A stretch of DNA of 64,000 nt from Camelus ferus (GCF_009834535.1 NC_045696.1:18416001-18480000); one strand, 5' to 3'. Numbered from the stretch's first letter, positions 1 through 13,063 are shown. Made by a program: numbers and translations. Notes: a model not told the origin generated them from the letters alone.

Positions 1-17
1 TTAGGATTGCAACCGAC

Positions 18-300
18 TTTTTTTTTTTTTAAACATTTTTTATTGATTTATAATCATTTTACAATGTTGTGTCAAATTCCAGTGTTCAGCACAATTTTTC
101 AGTTATTCATGGACATATACACACTCATTGTCACATTTTTTTCACTGTGAGTTATCATAACATTTTGTGTATATTTCCCTGTGCTATACAGTGTAGTCTA
201 TTCTACAATTTTGAATCCCAGTCTATCCCTTCCCACCCTCCACCCCCCTGGTAACCACAAGTCTGTATTCTCTGTCTGTGAGTCTATTTCTGTCCTTTAT
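18..300 (-). mobile_element. 5'-truncated young L1 3' end (camelid-type)
   Basis: Poly-T at 18-30 followed by aacattttttattgatttataatcattttacaatgttgtgtcaaattccagtg, nearly identical to 44043-44330. Confidence 0.85.
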
Positions 301-349
301 TTTATTTAATAAAATGTAATCACATTGCTAGAAATTGTTAAAAGAATAC

Positions 350-875
350 AATATTCTCAGCAAATATTTACTGAGCACCTATTATGTTCGATGAAATAAT
401 TTATCTAAGAAGGAAATGGAAAATTTTATTCAAGCTAAATTGAGGATTACTAGCTAGGGACTACCTCTCAAAAAACTGCCAAAAACTGTTAAGACCATTA
501 GAGGTCAAAACACAGTTATATAAGTTTTTAACAAAGAGAGCTGTACATTAAGTGACATTTTACTGACAGTTTACAAAATCCAGATCTATGTATGTAAAAT
601 CAGTACTGGGTCCTGGGTCACTGTGACCTCTTGCAAGATTAAGAAGAAAGGTTATCGCCTTAAGGAATTGTCCTGTAGGTGCTAAGACAATGTTGCTTTT
701 TATGGTTGAGCAGGTATTTCTACCGTTGGGAGCTTTGGTCAATGCATAATGTAGATACACAACGCCCAGCAGAGAGAGAAGAGGCCAAAAAGGCAGAGGA
801 CGATTTTTATGTTGCCATAGAATATGAATTTTCATTTCATCATATGTATCTAGAAATGTTCTAGCTGCTAGGTTT
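350..875 (-). mobile_element. L2 3' end fragment split by an LTR
   Basis: attctcagcaaatatttactgagcacctat resumes at 843 as tatgtatctagaaatgttctagctgctagg, matching the L2 terminal motif. Confidence 0.6.
387..842 (-). mobile_element. Solo LTR, ERV1-like
   Basis: Ends in CA, flanked by TATG (383-386 and 843-846), and interrupts an L2; tttatt (minus-strand polyA signal) near 425. Confidence 0.55.
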
Positions 876-984
876 TTAGTTAGTTTACAGACTATTTTGA
901 AAAGCCATAGCTGTTACACAGTTTATAACCTGGGAGGAATTTCTAAATTAAATTAGATTAAAGTTAGTTTAAGTTAATTGTTCC

Positions 985-1380
985 AATTGTGTCTTAACTG
1001 AGAACTATACCCCAGGAGTCAGACTCAGATGCCTCTGGGAAATTGTTCTGAACATGTGATAGGGGAGGTCAGTGATTTTGGTGAAGGGGGATACAGGCAC
1101 TCAAGCCCACATCTTACTGGTAGGTTGCTGTTGCAAGTCACAAGGGATGAACAGATACTTCAGTTAATGATCTCAGTGCTTTTCTAAGTAAGGGATGATG
1201 AAAGAATTGGGGCTCATAAAATTTCCTCCTGAAAATATCTTATCTGAAGTCCTGTTCTGCCAGTTTGCCCAGAACACAGAGTGCCTCCACGCTGTATACC
1301 TTTCAGTATGTTGAAGGTCAGTGACTGCAGTGGCTAAGGATTCAATCCTTGTAGAACTGGATGGCAAGCAATAACTCTTT
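985..1380 (-). mobile_element. LTR-like element (ERV1-like)
   Basis: Composition and motifs resemble artiodactyl ERV1 LTRs; boundaries approximate. Confidence 0.45.
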
Positions 1381-1404
1381 GAATTTCCTTAAGTGATAAG
1401 AGCC

Positions 1405-2200
1405 ATAAGGTGCCTTTTTAATGTTAATGAACTGACTTTATGAAGATACTTAAGGATGGGGGCTGGTTTCCAGTGAAGCCACGCTGTGATTATAGGGTTA
1501 GAACTTTCAGTCCCACCCCCCTGACCTCCAGGGAAAGGAGGGGGCTGGAAATTGAGTTCAATCACCAATGGTCAATGATTTCATCAATCATGCCATTGTA
1601 GGGAAGCTTCTAAAAAAACCCACAAAGGACAGAATTGGTGTATACGTGGAGATTTTGTTACCAGAGGATAGTTTCTTGTCTTCAAGAGCAAGACATAGTA
1701 AAGTCAAGTAATACTTATTTAGAGAGATACACATTCCATAGACAGAAAGCAGGCAGGCCACCTCCAAAGCAAATGAGGTGGCCTCAGGGTATGGGGTTGT
1801 TAATTTTTATAGACCTGATAATTTTATATGCTAATAAGTGTGAGGATTTTTCCAACCATGTTGGGAAGGGGGCAGAGATTTCCAGGAATTGAGCCCCGCC
1901 TACTTTGTGGCCTTTTATGGTCAGCTTGGGAACTGTCATGGCACCTATGGGTGTGTCACTTAACTTGCTAATATATTACAATGAACCTATAAGGAGGCTC
2001 AAGGTCTGCTGGAAGTCAAATCTTCTGCCATTTTAGTTTTAACCAGTTTATGTCCTATCTTCAATTTCTGTGTCATTTTTTTAATGGTTGCACCCTGCCC
2101 CCTTCCCTCCTGTCTCAATTTGGGGGGAGTTGCCAGGTCTAGAGAAGGCATGAAAGCTCTACTCCCTTTTCCCCATGCATTTCCTTATCATGTCTGCCCA
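1405..2200 (+). mobile_element. MER21-like LTR, interrupted
   Basis: ggatgggggctggtttcc...gaactttcagtcccacccc...ttgagttcaatcaccaatggtcaatgatt matches recalled MER21; continues after 2121. Confidence 0.7.
1656..2117 (-). mobile_element. Solo ERV1 LTR with 4-bp TSD
   Basis: TG...CA ends; TSD ATTT at 1652-1655 and 2118-2121; similar to 46420-47026. Confidence 0.85.
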
Positions 2201-2511
2201 ATAGGCAAAAAGGGGAAGTATTTATCCATTAGCTTTCTTATCCTAATGCTCAGATTTTAATTCAAGGAGTTTTACTTTCCTACTCAGGTTTAATCATGAC
2301 ACAGAAGGCCAGACCACTTTTATCACTATCCATACTGTAGAGACCATGGGGAGGAAAGCAAGAGACACTCAGCGCGGAGGTAGTGGGTACTGTCACTTTA
2401 CTCAGCCATGCCACTGATGGCTACAGCAACAATTACAACTTAAAACTAAACCCAGTGAGTGTCAGGCAGGACTCAAAATGAGTCAGATGCACACTTTATG
2501 TGGAACTACTA

Positions 2512-4078
2512 CTTTTTTAAAAACAGATTTTTTTAAATAGCAGTTTTAGGTTCATAGCAAAACTGAAAGATGGTACAGAGATTTCTCATAGACATCTCAT
2601 ATGCATACGTATAGCCTCCCCCTTTATCAACATCCCCTGCCAGAAGGTGCATTTGCTACAACTGATGGACTTACATTATCATGATTATTCCGAGAGTCCA
2701 TAGTTTGTTGACACTAGAGTTCATTGTTGGTGTTGCGTATTCTACAGGTTTGGACAAATGTATAATGACATCTATTCACCATTATAGTAGCATACATAGT
2801 AATTTCACTTTCCTAAAAATTCTCAGTGCTCACCTATTCATCCCTCCCTCCCCCAATCCCTGGCAACCACTGTTTTTTTTTTTGTTTGTTTGTTTTTATC
2901 ATTTCCATAGTTTTGCCTTTTCCAGAACACCATATATTGGAATCACACCATACATGTTTTTTTTTTCAGATTGATTTCTTTCACTTTGTAATATGTATTA
3001 AGGTTCATGTCTCTTTCCATGGTCTGATAGCTCATTTCTTTTTAGTGCTGAGTCATATTCTATTGTCTGGATGTAGCACAGTTTATTTATCCATTCATCT
3101 ACTGAAAGACATCTTCATTACTTCCAAATTTTGGAAATTAAAGTAAGTCTGCTATAAACATTGATATGTAAGTTTTCCTGTGCATATAAGTTTTTTACTT
3201 CTTTGAGTAAATACCAAGGACCATGATTGCTGAATCATATGGAAAGATATGTTTTGTTTGTAAGTAAAAAGCCAAATTATTATCCAAAGTGGACATACCA
3301 ATTTGCATTCTTACTAGCCATAATTGAGAGTTCCTATTGCTTCACATCCTTGCCAGCATTTAGTGTCATCAATATTGCATAATTTGACCATTTTCATAGG
3401 TGTATCTATAGTTATAATTTGCATTTTCCTGATCACATACAATTTTTGATATGCTTATTTGTCTTATGTATATCTTCTTTGCTGAGGTCTCTGTTAAGGT
3501 CTTTGGCCAGTTTTTTAATTCAACTGTTTGTCTGCTTATTGTTGAATTTTAAGAGTTCTTGGCATATTTTGGAAAACAGTCCTTTATCACAAGTATCCTT
3601 TGCAAATATTTTCTCACAGTCTTGGCTTATCTTTTCATTCTCTTAACAGTTTCTTTCACAGAGCAGAAATTTTCAGTTTTATAATGAATTTAGGCTTATC
3701 AATTATTTTTTTTCATGAATCATGCCTTTGGAGTTATATTTAAAAATCACTACTTATCATAAGAAAATCTAGATTTTTTTTTCCCCATGTTCTACGAGTT
3801 TTATAATTTTGTGTTTCACATTTAGTTTGTGATCTATGTTGAGTTAACTTTTGTGAAGAGTGTAAGGTTTCTACCTATATTCACTTTTTTTGCATGCAGG
3901 TGTCCAGCTGTTCAACACCAATTTTTGAAAGCTATCTTTGCTGCATGGCATTGATTTTCTCCTTTGTCAAAGATCAGTTGTTTATATTTATGTGGGTCTG
4001 TTTCTGGGCTCTCTGTTCTGTTCCACCGATATGGTTTTCTATTCTTTTACTAATACCACACTGACTTGATTGCTGTAG
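2512..4078 (-). mobile_element. Old L1M (L1MC-like) ORF2 end plus 3' UTR
   Basis: T-rich tail, agcagttttaggttcatagcaaaa 3' UTR motif, and antisense ORF2 C-terminal motifs (ctttgtcaaagatcagttg, gggtctgtttctgggctctc). Confidence 0.85.
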
Positions 4079-4639
4079 GACTACTTCATTTTTGATTCTT
4101 GGCCTCACCTTTCATGGATGACTGATTTGGTATTATCTTTAAAAAGGTACATTTATCACCATTTAACCTTTGTTTTCTCTTCCTTATGCACTGTTAAAAA
4201 GAGAGGGCTGTACTCTATGTATCTAACATTTCTATCTCCTCCCCACCCCCATTTACTTTTTAATTTATAGCCAAAGCTTTTCAATAGTATTAGAAAATGC
4301 CTCTTTCACTGCTCATCTAATTGTGGTCCTTCTTTGCTTTTGAAACATCAAACTTGTCTAAATATGCTCAGCCCTCTGAGGGTTCCTATTCTCTCCCTGT
4401 CTCTCTGTCTTTTTGGCTCTGCTTTTGGTGACTGCCTAGTAATATTAGTGCTGATTAGGGTTCCATTCAGAACTCTATGCTTTTTCTACTCTACTGAATT
4501 TACAACAATACTGACCAACTAATTAATTAGGAAGTACATTTGCTAACGATTCCATCATGATGCTAACATTTTAAATATAGTATCTTATATGGCCCTCAAA
4601 ATAATCCAAATTGTTCTCTTTTTTTAATTAAAAGACAGT

Positions 4640-5100
4640 GAACCAAATTCACTTTTTGTATCTTATGATTTTGTGAGTTAAAAATTGGGGGTGAGCAATT
4701 CTTTTGTTCCACCTGATGTAACTAGGTGGTATTCAGCTGGTGGTGGTCTTATATGGAGGGCCCCAAAGGCTTTATTCACATGATCGATCTGGCATTAGTT
4801 GGAGGGAAGGCTAGACTCATCTGGGCCCCCATCCCTCTTCATGTATTTACAAAACCTCTCCAACTAGACAGTTGAACTTCCTATGTGGTAACTCAGTAGG
4901 ATAGTCATAGTCTATACACAGTGACTCAGGGCCTCTAAGGAGCAAGTTGCTGCTGCCAGTCTCCTGGAATTGAAAGTAACATGGCAACAATTCATTTCAG
5001 CTGCACTCTTCTGGTCAAAGCCAGCTCAGGTTCAGAGTGACAGAAAAATCACTTCTTGTCAATGGGGGCACTCAATGTGTTTGTTATCATTATCTTTAGT
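4640..5100 (-). mobile_element. MLT1-like (MaLR) LTR, old
   Basis: tatcttatgattttgtg...cagctggtggtggtc...gccagctcaggttcagag pattern. Confidence 0.5.
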
Positions 5101-5678
5101 TTGTTATTGAGTCTTAGCTAACTAAATTCTTACATAAACTCACAAAACTAACAAGTTGTGAGCTGCATTTATCATTCATGTATATTTTTTGTCCCCAAAC
5201 CGGATCTCAGCTTAGAAATGTCCCTGAAATTTGCTCTCATGTTTCCAACTACTGACTGAGCACAATTAATGAATTATTCAAAATTTCTTCAACCTGAACA
5301 CACTTTATAAGCAGGAAGTGAAAATAATCAAGTAAACAAACACCCAACTTGACTTTTTCCCCCTTCAAGGTATTGTCCTATTTTACAATGTCACATTGTC
5401 TTCTGGTGCAGATAATGGAGAAGAGTCCTAAATTTTATCTATCTCTGCAGTAATGACTTGTTTTAATCATAAGTTGCTAATAAAATTGTTTCCTCCATTA
5501 GCTAATAAGTTCCTTGAGAATAGGTACTTCATCGAATTCCTTTTTGAGTCTCCAGCTCTAAGCACAGAGTCTGAAACAATATATGTGGTCATATTTATAA
5601 AAAGAATGAATTAATATATGTGGAGTTAGCTTACTTATTTCAAGACAATCTGTCAAAATGAGAGGTTATTTAATCTAA

Positions 5679-5888
5679 CAGTTGACCTTTGAACAACATG
5701 GGTTTAAACTGCTTGGGTCTACTTCTGCATGGATTTTTTTCAATAAATATGTTCTACATGATCTGAGGTTGGTTGAATCTGGGGACATAGAACAGTGAGT
5801 ACAGAGGGCCAACTGTAAAGATAAACATGAATTAATGTTTAGGTGTGGGTCAGTGCCCCTACCTCCCACATAGATCAAGGGTCAACAG
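5679..5888. mobile_element. Tigger2/MER8-like MITE
   Basis: TIRs cagttgacctttgaacaa ... tagatcaagggtcaacag followed by TA. Confidence 0.85.
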
Positions 5889-6275
5889 TATTTAATATAC
5901 TCTACAGTTTCTATGAACATGCAAAATATTGTACTGATACTTTATTAAAAATTATTGAATATAAAATAATATTACATTTCAGATCCTATCAGTTCCTGAA
6001 TTTGAATATATTTTAACATTCTTAATATTACTTCTCAAGCAAGACCAACTTACTCTCTGAAGAATAGCAATTTAGTGATATCTAAGAGATAATTAACTGC
6101 TTTAAGCAAGAATGATAAATGATGATTTAAGAAACCAAAAACAACAGTGATACCTTTGTGTATAAAAATCAAATAAAAAAGGTTTTCCTTCATGTGTGTA
6201 TATATAACTTTAAAAATCATCTCTTCTAACTGATAAAACAATATCTACAAAAGGATTTTAAAAGTAAAAGTACAT

Positions 6276-7562
6276 CAAGTCTTTAAGCCATTTTGAGTTT
6301 ATTTTTGTGTATGGTGTGAGGAAATGTTCTAATAAAAATAAACTCAAAATGGTTTAAAAACTTAAACATAAGACAAGACACTATAAACCTCCTAGAAGAA
6401 AACATAGGCAAAACATTCTTTGAAATAAATCTTAGCAATGTTCTCCTAGGGCAGTCTACCAAGGCAATAGAAATACAAGCAAAAATAAGCAAATGGAACC
6501 TAGTTAAACTTATAAGCTGTTGCACAGCAAAGGAAACTATAAACAAAATTAAAAGACAACCTATGAAATGGGAGAAAATATTCGAAAACAATGCAACTGA
6601 CAAGGGCTTAATTTCCAGAATATGCAAGCAGCTCATACAATTCAGTAACAAAAAAATGAACAACCCAATCAAAAAATGGGCAGAAGACCTAAACACTTCC
6701 CCAGTGAAGACAAACAAATGGCCAATTAGCACATGAACAATGCTCAATATTGCTAATTATCAGAGAAATGCAAATCAAAACTACAATGAGGTATCACCTC
6801 ACACGAGTCAGACTGGCCATCATTAAAAAGTCCACAAATGATAAATGCTGGAGAGGGTGTGGAGAAAAGGGAACTTGGTGGGAATGCAGTTTGGTGCAGC
6901 CATTATGGAAAACAGTATGGAGATGCCTTAAAAAACTAAAAATAGACTTACCATATGATCCAACAATCCCACATCCTGGGCATATAATCAGGTACATGCA
7001 CCCCAGTGTTCATTGCAGCACTATTTACAGTAGCCAATACATGGAAGCAACCTAAATGTCCACTGATGAATGATTGGATAAAGAAGATGTAGTATAGTAC
7101 TATTCACCTATAAAAAAGAATAAAATAATGCTATTTACAACAATATGGATGGACCTGGAGATTGTCATACTAAGTGAAGTAAGCCAGAAAGAGAAAGAAA
7201 AATACCATATTATCACTTACATGTGGAATCTAAAAAATGAGACAAATGAACTTATTTACAAAACAGAAACAGACTCACAGACATAGAAAACAAATTTACG
7301 GTTTTCAGGGGGAAAGGGGAGGGTGAACAGATAAATTGGGAATTCGGGATTTGCAGATGCTAATTTCTATATATAAAACAGATGAACAAGGTCCTACTGT
7401 ATAGCACAGGGCACTATATTCAACACCTTGTAATAGCCTATAAAGAAAAAGAATATGAAAAGGAATATATATAAATGTATAACTGAATCACCATGCTTTA
7501 CACTAGATATTAACACAACACTGTAAACTGACCATATTTCAATAAAAAAGTAAAGTAAAAAA
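6276..7562 (+). mobile_element. L1 with 5' inversion (ORF2 C-terminal pseudogene plus 3' UTR)
   Basis: [16 protein letters not shown]...[10 protein letters not shown] (ORF2p Cys-rich end) and an A-rich tail; TSD taaaagta(c/t)at at 6265-6275 and 7563-7573; inverted piece 6276-6332. Confidence 0.92.
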
Positions 7563-10154
7563 TAAAAGTATATAAAAAACTTACTGGTTTTTCAGATAGG
7601 TTTCTCTTCCAGACAATAATACAATATTTGATACAAGTATGTGTTTTCATATATTATCATTGAGGGAATTTTTTAAACTATAAATAATGTTGGGTAATTT
7701 TAAAGTAATAAAGTTATTGAATTCACTGCCTTAGTTTTGAATGTATTGCTTTCTCATACAAGCGCCTTTGAGTGACAACATAGTGATTAATTTCACTTCA
7801 AATTCCTCTCAAGTTACATAATGATATTAGAGACATTTACTTCATATTTGAACATGTTCAGTAACTCCACCATGTTGTCTAGCTTAATATTCTAAGGGAA
7901 GGTCTGAAATGTTATGTGAATTGTTGACGGATTGCACTTGATCTGAAATTGCCTGCTCGTTACCATTCAAATCATTGGCAGCTTATCAAGTCAACTCCAA
8001 TGATGAAAATAAAGCACATGTCTCTCTATCATACATATAGCTGTACTTTGACAAAGATAGAATTTTTACACATTTGATATTAAGGTAGTATTTTTTAAAT
8101 TGTAGTTTAGAAAATTAAGTTTATTATTAATGTTCTATCATTCACTAAAATCAACTGTCTTTTTTCACTAATCTGTGATTAAAGTGCTTTTATAAGGCAC
8201 ATAGCATTTCTGCTTTTCCAACTATTTTAATTTTTAAAACGTTTGATAATAATTCAGTTGTATTCCACAATATTCTGACAGAGTAGCAGCAAATAACGTA
8301 ACAAATGAAATCAAATAAATACTGTGTGGTGTGTGAAGGATAAAATAACAAATATATCAAGGAAAACTTACTTGATTTGATATTATTTTGACATGTGACA
8401 TTGCACAGTAATACAATGCCTTGTGGTTCCATACTAATCAAGTTTTTCAGAGAGTTTTATAATTTATTCTTGGATGCAAAAGATTTTCTGTGGTTCAGAA
8501 AAATATATATGTTGGAGAAAGAAATCAATGAATCACTAAAGTAAAGTAGTAAAATGTGTAAGATTGAATTTTCCAGAATGTTTAAGGGCCAGGATAGGAA
8601 GTATTTCGCATTATCATGTTGATGTCAGAGATGTTCTGACAACTGTTTATCACAACATGCTACACAGTTTAAGCTGTTATTTACAGATGTGTATTTAAAC
8701 AGAAAAAGATGGGATCGTGTTTTGGAATTTTATTCCAAAAGAAGTGTATTAGTAATTCTGTGAGCACTCAAGTGAACTGAAGTTATTAACACTGAAAATA
8801 CATCACAGAAAACATTTTCAAGTCAAGATTCTGTGCTGGATCAAGGACTCAGTGAAATGATTTGGGCTTATTGGTATTAACTCCTTCTGAAGCATAGACA
8901 AATTAATGATCTATATAACTAGATTTCACCACTTACAGATATGAATCTGAGGCTGTTCAGAAGGCAGTAAGTCAAAAACCTTTATATCCAAGAGTTCTTC
9001 AGAGTGAATAACTATAAATCTATACATTTTTATATAGAAGAGTCCTAAGAGGAAACTGCCAGGCAATTATTTTTGTGACCATGAAGCAGCAGAGGATGCA
9101 AACCATCTTAAAATGCTGTGTATTTTACATAGATTGAAAAAGAATATTGCTCTTCAATTCGAAAATGATGAAAGACATTGCACTCACTGCAATGATTAGA
9201 AGAATCTCTGAAGACTTTGCATTTTAACGTGACCATAATTATTCATCCAGGTTTCTCCAAACAGAAGTTTTTGCTTATTACATTCAGAGCTCATTAAAGA
9301 AACACGATATTTTGAGGAAAATAAAATGATATTTTAAATTAAATGGTAAGCGTTATAGTAAAAATAAGTCATCAACTTGGAACATCTTAAGTGCCTGATA
9401 CCAGTGGTAATAGTCTTTGTTCTATGATTAGAAAAGTAGTGACACAACATTGTAAAATTATTATAAATCAATAAAAAAACATTTAAAAATGTAGTAATTA
9501 TAATATATATGGAGTGATTGTAAAATAGTGTTTCCGAGAAAAAAATGCTCTATTATACAAACAATTTAGTAAATGTAAAAATCATCATCACACAAACTCA
9601 ATCTTAACATACCTGTTCCTTATGAATAATTATTTAGAACATTATTGTGTAGGCCTCAACCTCTGATATTAACCCTCTTGTCACAACCATGGTAATAAAC
9701 TTCAATTGCTTTTTATAGAAATGTTTATGGTAAAAAAAATGCAGTCTACTTAGAAGTAATTTCTTCATTTTTCAGTAAGGTTCCTTTTTATCATTATTTC
9801 TGAAAAAGGAGTGTAAAGTTTAGAAGCAACTGTGGAAATTAGCACAGACACCTGCCCAGGATCAAAAAGAACCTAGGGCCTAAGGCAGAAACCCTTTTTC
9901 TAAATTTCTGAAGGAGAAACTTTACATACTTCACCATTTCTTCTTAGTTTAATGGGAAAAAAAAAAAAAAAAACTGAGGAATCTCTCTGCTTGAACGTGC
10001 ATGTCCTTCCAGCAAAGTTTGAATTCTTAATTTGAAAATACAAGTGGAATCCATCAGAAGATTATTGTTGTCGAAAAAATCTATCAAGGCAGATTTAAAT
10101 GATAGGAAGAGATATTGTAAATTCAATAATAAAACAAGTAGCTAAGTATAAATA

Positions 10155-10240
10155 TTTTCCCAGTTTTAGAACAAGGAAACTGAGGAATAGATGAGTAACT
10201 GACCCAAGATCACACAGCAATCAAGTGACCTGTTTGATGC
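10155..10240 (-). mobile_element. MIR core fragment
   Basis: aaggaaactgagg...gtaactgacccaagatcacacagc. Confidence 0.7.
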
Positions 10241-10999
10241 CTGATTCAACTGTTATGATATACTGGCCTTTTGTCTACTGCTGGTGTCTGTTGTGAATTC
10301 ATTTCTTCCTTTCCATTTCTATTTCCACTCACCCTAAACTTCATTTAACCTTTATACTTTATCATTTGGATTTTTTCCATGGAATTCCTCTCTGGTCCAT
10401 TCTCTACTTCTCTGCTAGAGTTATCTTTATAAAAGAATGTACCATAAGCAAAATAAAAAGAGACAACCTATGGAATGGAAGAATAGTATAAAGTCTACAT
10501 GTGGAATAGGAAAGGGATTAACTTAGTGTCCTTGGACTTCACCTCAGACACCACTCTGTCTTGAGTTCTGTAGACACCTGTGAAGGAGAATTTGGGAGGA
10601 GCTGAGATCCCTTCTTATAAAGAAAGTTGTAATCATCAAAACAGACCAATTAAGTAACATACACATGCTTTTAATAAACATTCTTAATTGCCAAACCACT
10701 ATGAAGTGAATGAAAATTAATATTGGCATTTCACAAAACTTAAATGTTAAAAGATGGCAACTGTTTTGTAAAATTTCCGGTCCCCATTACCTTTCACACC
10801 AGGCTCTGTAACAGCTGTTTTACATATGCGTGTGAGACTCAGTTTGTTTTGCTGTACTTAATAATTATGCCACAAAGATACAGATAGATAGATAAATCAC
10901 CCACACACACATTTTTTTTTCTATATCTAAACTCCATCAAAATGGAGTTCTGTTCCTTTCTTCTGTTAATACTTTTTGTCATTGAATTTTGCTTCTCAG

Positions 11000-11111
11000 A
11001 TCTGGGCACATTCAACAAATATTACCCTGGCTAGAGAAGACAGAAGAAACTGGATGTACCCACTACCTACTAATGCATGTGCAAGTTCTCGCTCCGCACA
11101 GGGACTAACAG
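11000..11111 (+). CDS. Candidate internal coding exon of an unidentified gene (IWAHSTNITLAREDRRNWMYPLPTNACASSRSAQGLT)
   Basis: Pyrimidine-rich acceptor ttttgcttctcag|, donor CAG|gtaaat, frame open across 112 nt, not recognisably repetitive, higher GC than flanks with retained CpGs. Confidence 0.5.
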
Positions 11112-11724
11112 GTAAATTTCATTGACTTAACTTTATTGGGACTTACCCTTACATAAGTTTAGCGACAGCATAAATGTTCTCCTCTTTTCTACTTCCCTTT
11201 CTTTTTTTCTGTGACCAATTGCCCATCAAAATTTTCTTTAAATGTTATATACATTTATATAGGGATTAGTATTTTTGACTACATATTCTCATACAAAATT
11301 CTACTCTGAAAAATGACCTATTTGGAAAGTGGTCAGGCAAAGGAATGTGTAAGCATAATATTCCCCTTTAATTACCAATTAACCTATGGCAACATGGCTA
11401 AGAAACAAATATTTTTTAGCACATAATTTGTCACTATAACCTATGAGATCACAGCAAGTAATTAGTTCTAATGGTACTATGCAATTTATACAAATATTAT
11501 TAATCAAATAACATACGGAAGTTTTCCAAATGTTACTCTTAATTGCTTTCTGATATGTTTTATTAAGTTGAGGAAGCGGTATTCACTGGGAATTTGCTGA
11601 CAACCAGCGTTTACTTTTTTGCTATTATAGCTATACAAAGTGACCGTTTGAAAATACAATAAGTAGTTTTGTGTACTATGAAATACTACAGTGATTTATT
11701 GTTCTGACATAATCTTTGTTTATA

Positions 11725-11770
11725 TATTTAAAGATATAACTAACAGGACTGAGATTTTAGATTTTAGGGA
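11725..11770 (+). repeat. Exact 46-bp copy of 12844-12889
   Basis: tatttaaagatataactaacaggactgagattttagattttaggga occurs at both sites. Confidence 0.95.
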
Positions 11771-12299
11771 GTGTGTTTTGGATCTGAATCTCACAATCCT
11801 AATTAGAGGAAAAGAAATGGGACTCACCAGGCATATGGTATTTGTCTTATTTTGAGCCGTCCCTTATTTGTGTTCGTAGGCTGATTTTCTGAAAACTTAT
11901 TAGAGAATTTTAACAGCTGCCAGTTGTACCTGTGAAATGTATCAATCCAAATAGCTATAAATTGCCTGAACTTGCGATTGTATCTTTAGTTTAAATAATT
12001 ATTTAGTACAAGCTAATTTATTAGATCAGTGTAGGAAACATCAATATTTTACAAACCTTATGGTAAATAGAGAGTAAAAAGAAAAATCTCTCATTAACTC
12101 ATTGTAGAGAAATCAGAGTTAAGTTCTTAAAATTCTTAAACTAGTTGATCAATGGGAAGTACTTGAACTTCCTGTGTTACATTTATATAAATTTAACTTC
12201 AGAATTTTAATAAGTGAATGAAACATAATGTGATTAAGATATTTGGGGGAAAGGTATCCTATTCGACACAGATTGTAATTTCCTTTGTGTAGCTAGTTA

Positions 12300-12900
12300 T
12301 TCAGGAGCTAGTGAGCAATCAGGTTCCCGTCTCTTACGAGCTTACAGCACTGCAGAAATCATTTCAAGTGCAATTGATGTTATACCAACACCCTCTTCTT
12401 TACATATGTACTTTAAAAGATCTTAAGCAGAAATAGTTCAAAGGAAGGGGGTGGGAGGAAAACACAAGAAGGGGCTTTGGGGCAGATGGGACAGCATGTC
12501 TGTGGTCCTTGTTTCAGCAACATCACTGTGTAAATGATGACTAAGCAAGAGGCAGAGCGATGAATGATGAGACTGAAGGGTAGACAGGAGCTAAACTGGA
12601 GTCCAATTCAAGTCATACTAATGAGTTTGGAGGTTATTCTGGGGGCAATGGGAATCCTTGGGAGAATTATAAATAAACATAAAGTATTATTATTATTGAT
12701 TTAGAAAGATTCTCACTGCATCTGTGCATCTCCCGGATGGACAAGGGCGAAACAGGTGTATCAGTTTGGAAGGAAGGGAATGATGATGACTTTAGATTAG
12801 AATGGTGGTAGATGATTTGATAGAAGTAGCCAGACTACATAGGTATTTAAAGATATAACTAACAGGACTGAGATTTTAGATTTTAGGGATAATGAGAACT
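12300..12900 (-). mobile_element. L2 fragment
   Basis: ttcccgtctcttacgagcttacag, gagtttggaggttattctgggggcaatgggaatcc, ttagaaagattctcactg. Confidence 0.65.
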
Positions 12901-13026
12901 TGTGTGGAATTTATTGTTCTGTATAAATGTATCAGGTACTGCTGAAAAGTCAAGTTAGACATGGACAGGAAAATTCATTTAATTTGGAAACAGGAGTCTT
13001 TGGCAACCTTAGCACACTCCAGCGTA

Positions 13027-13029
<3 letters not shown>

Positions 13030-13060
<31 letters not shown>
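13030..13060. repeat. (CA)n microsatellite
   Basis: About 15 CA units. Confidence 0.95.

Positions 13061-13063
<3 letters not shown>

Noticed and set aside
6283..7055. 154-aa and 101-aa ORFs
   Set aside because: Antisense and sense L1 ORF2 remnants with indels, not host genes.
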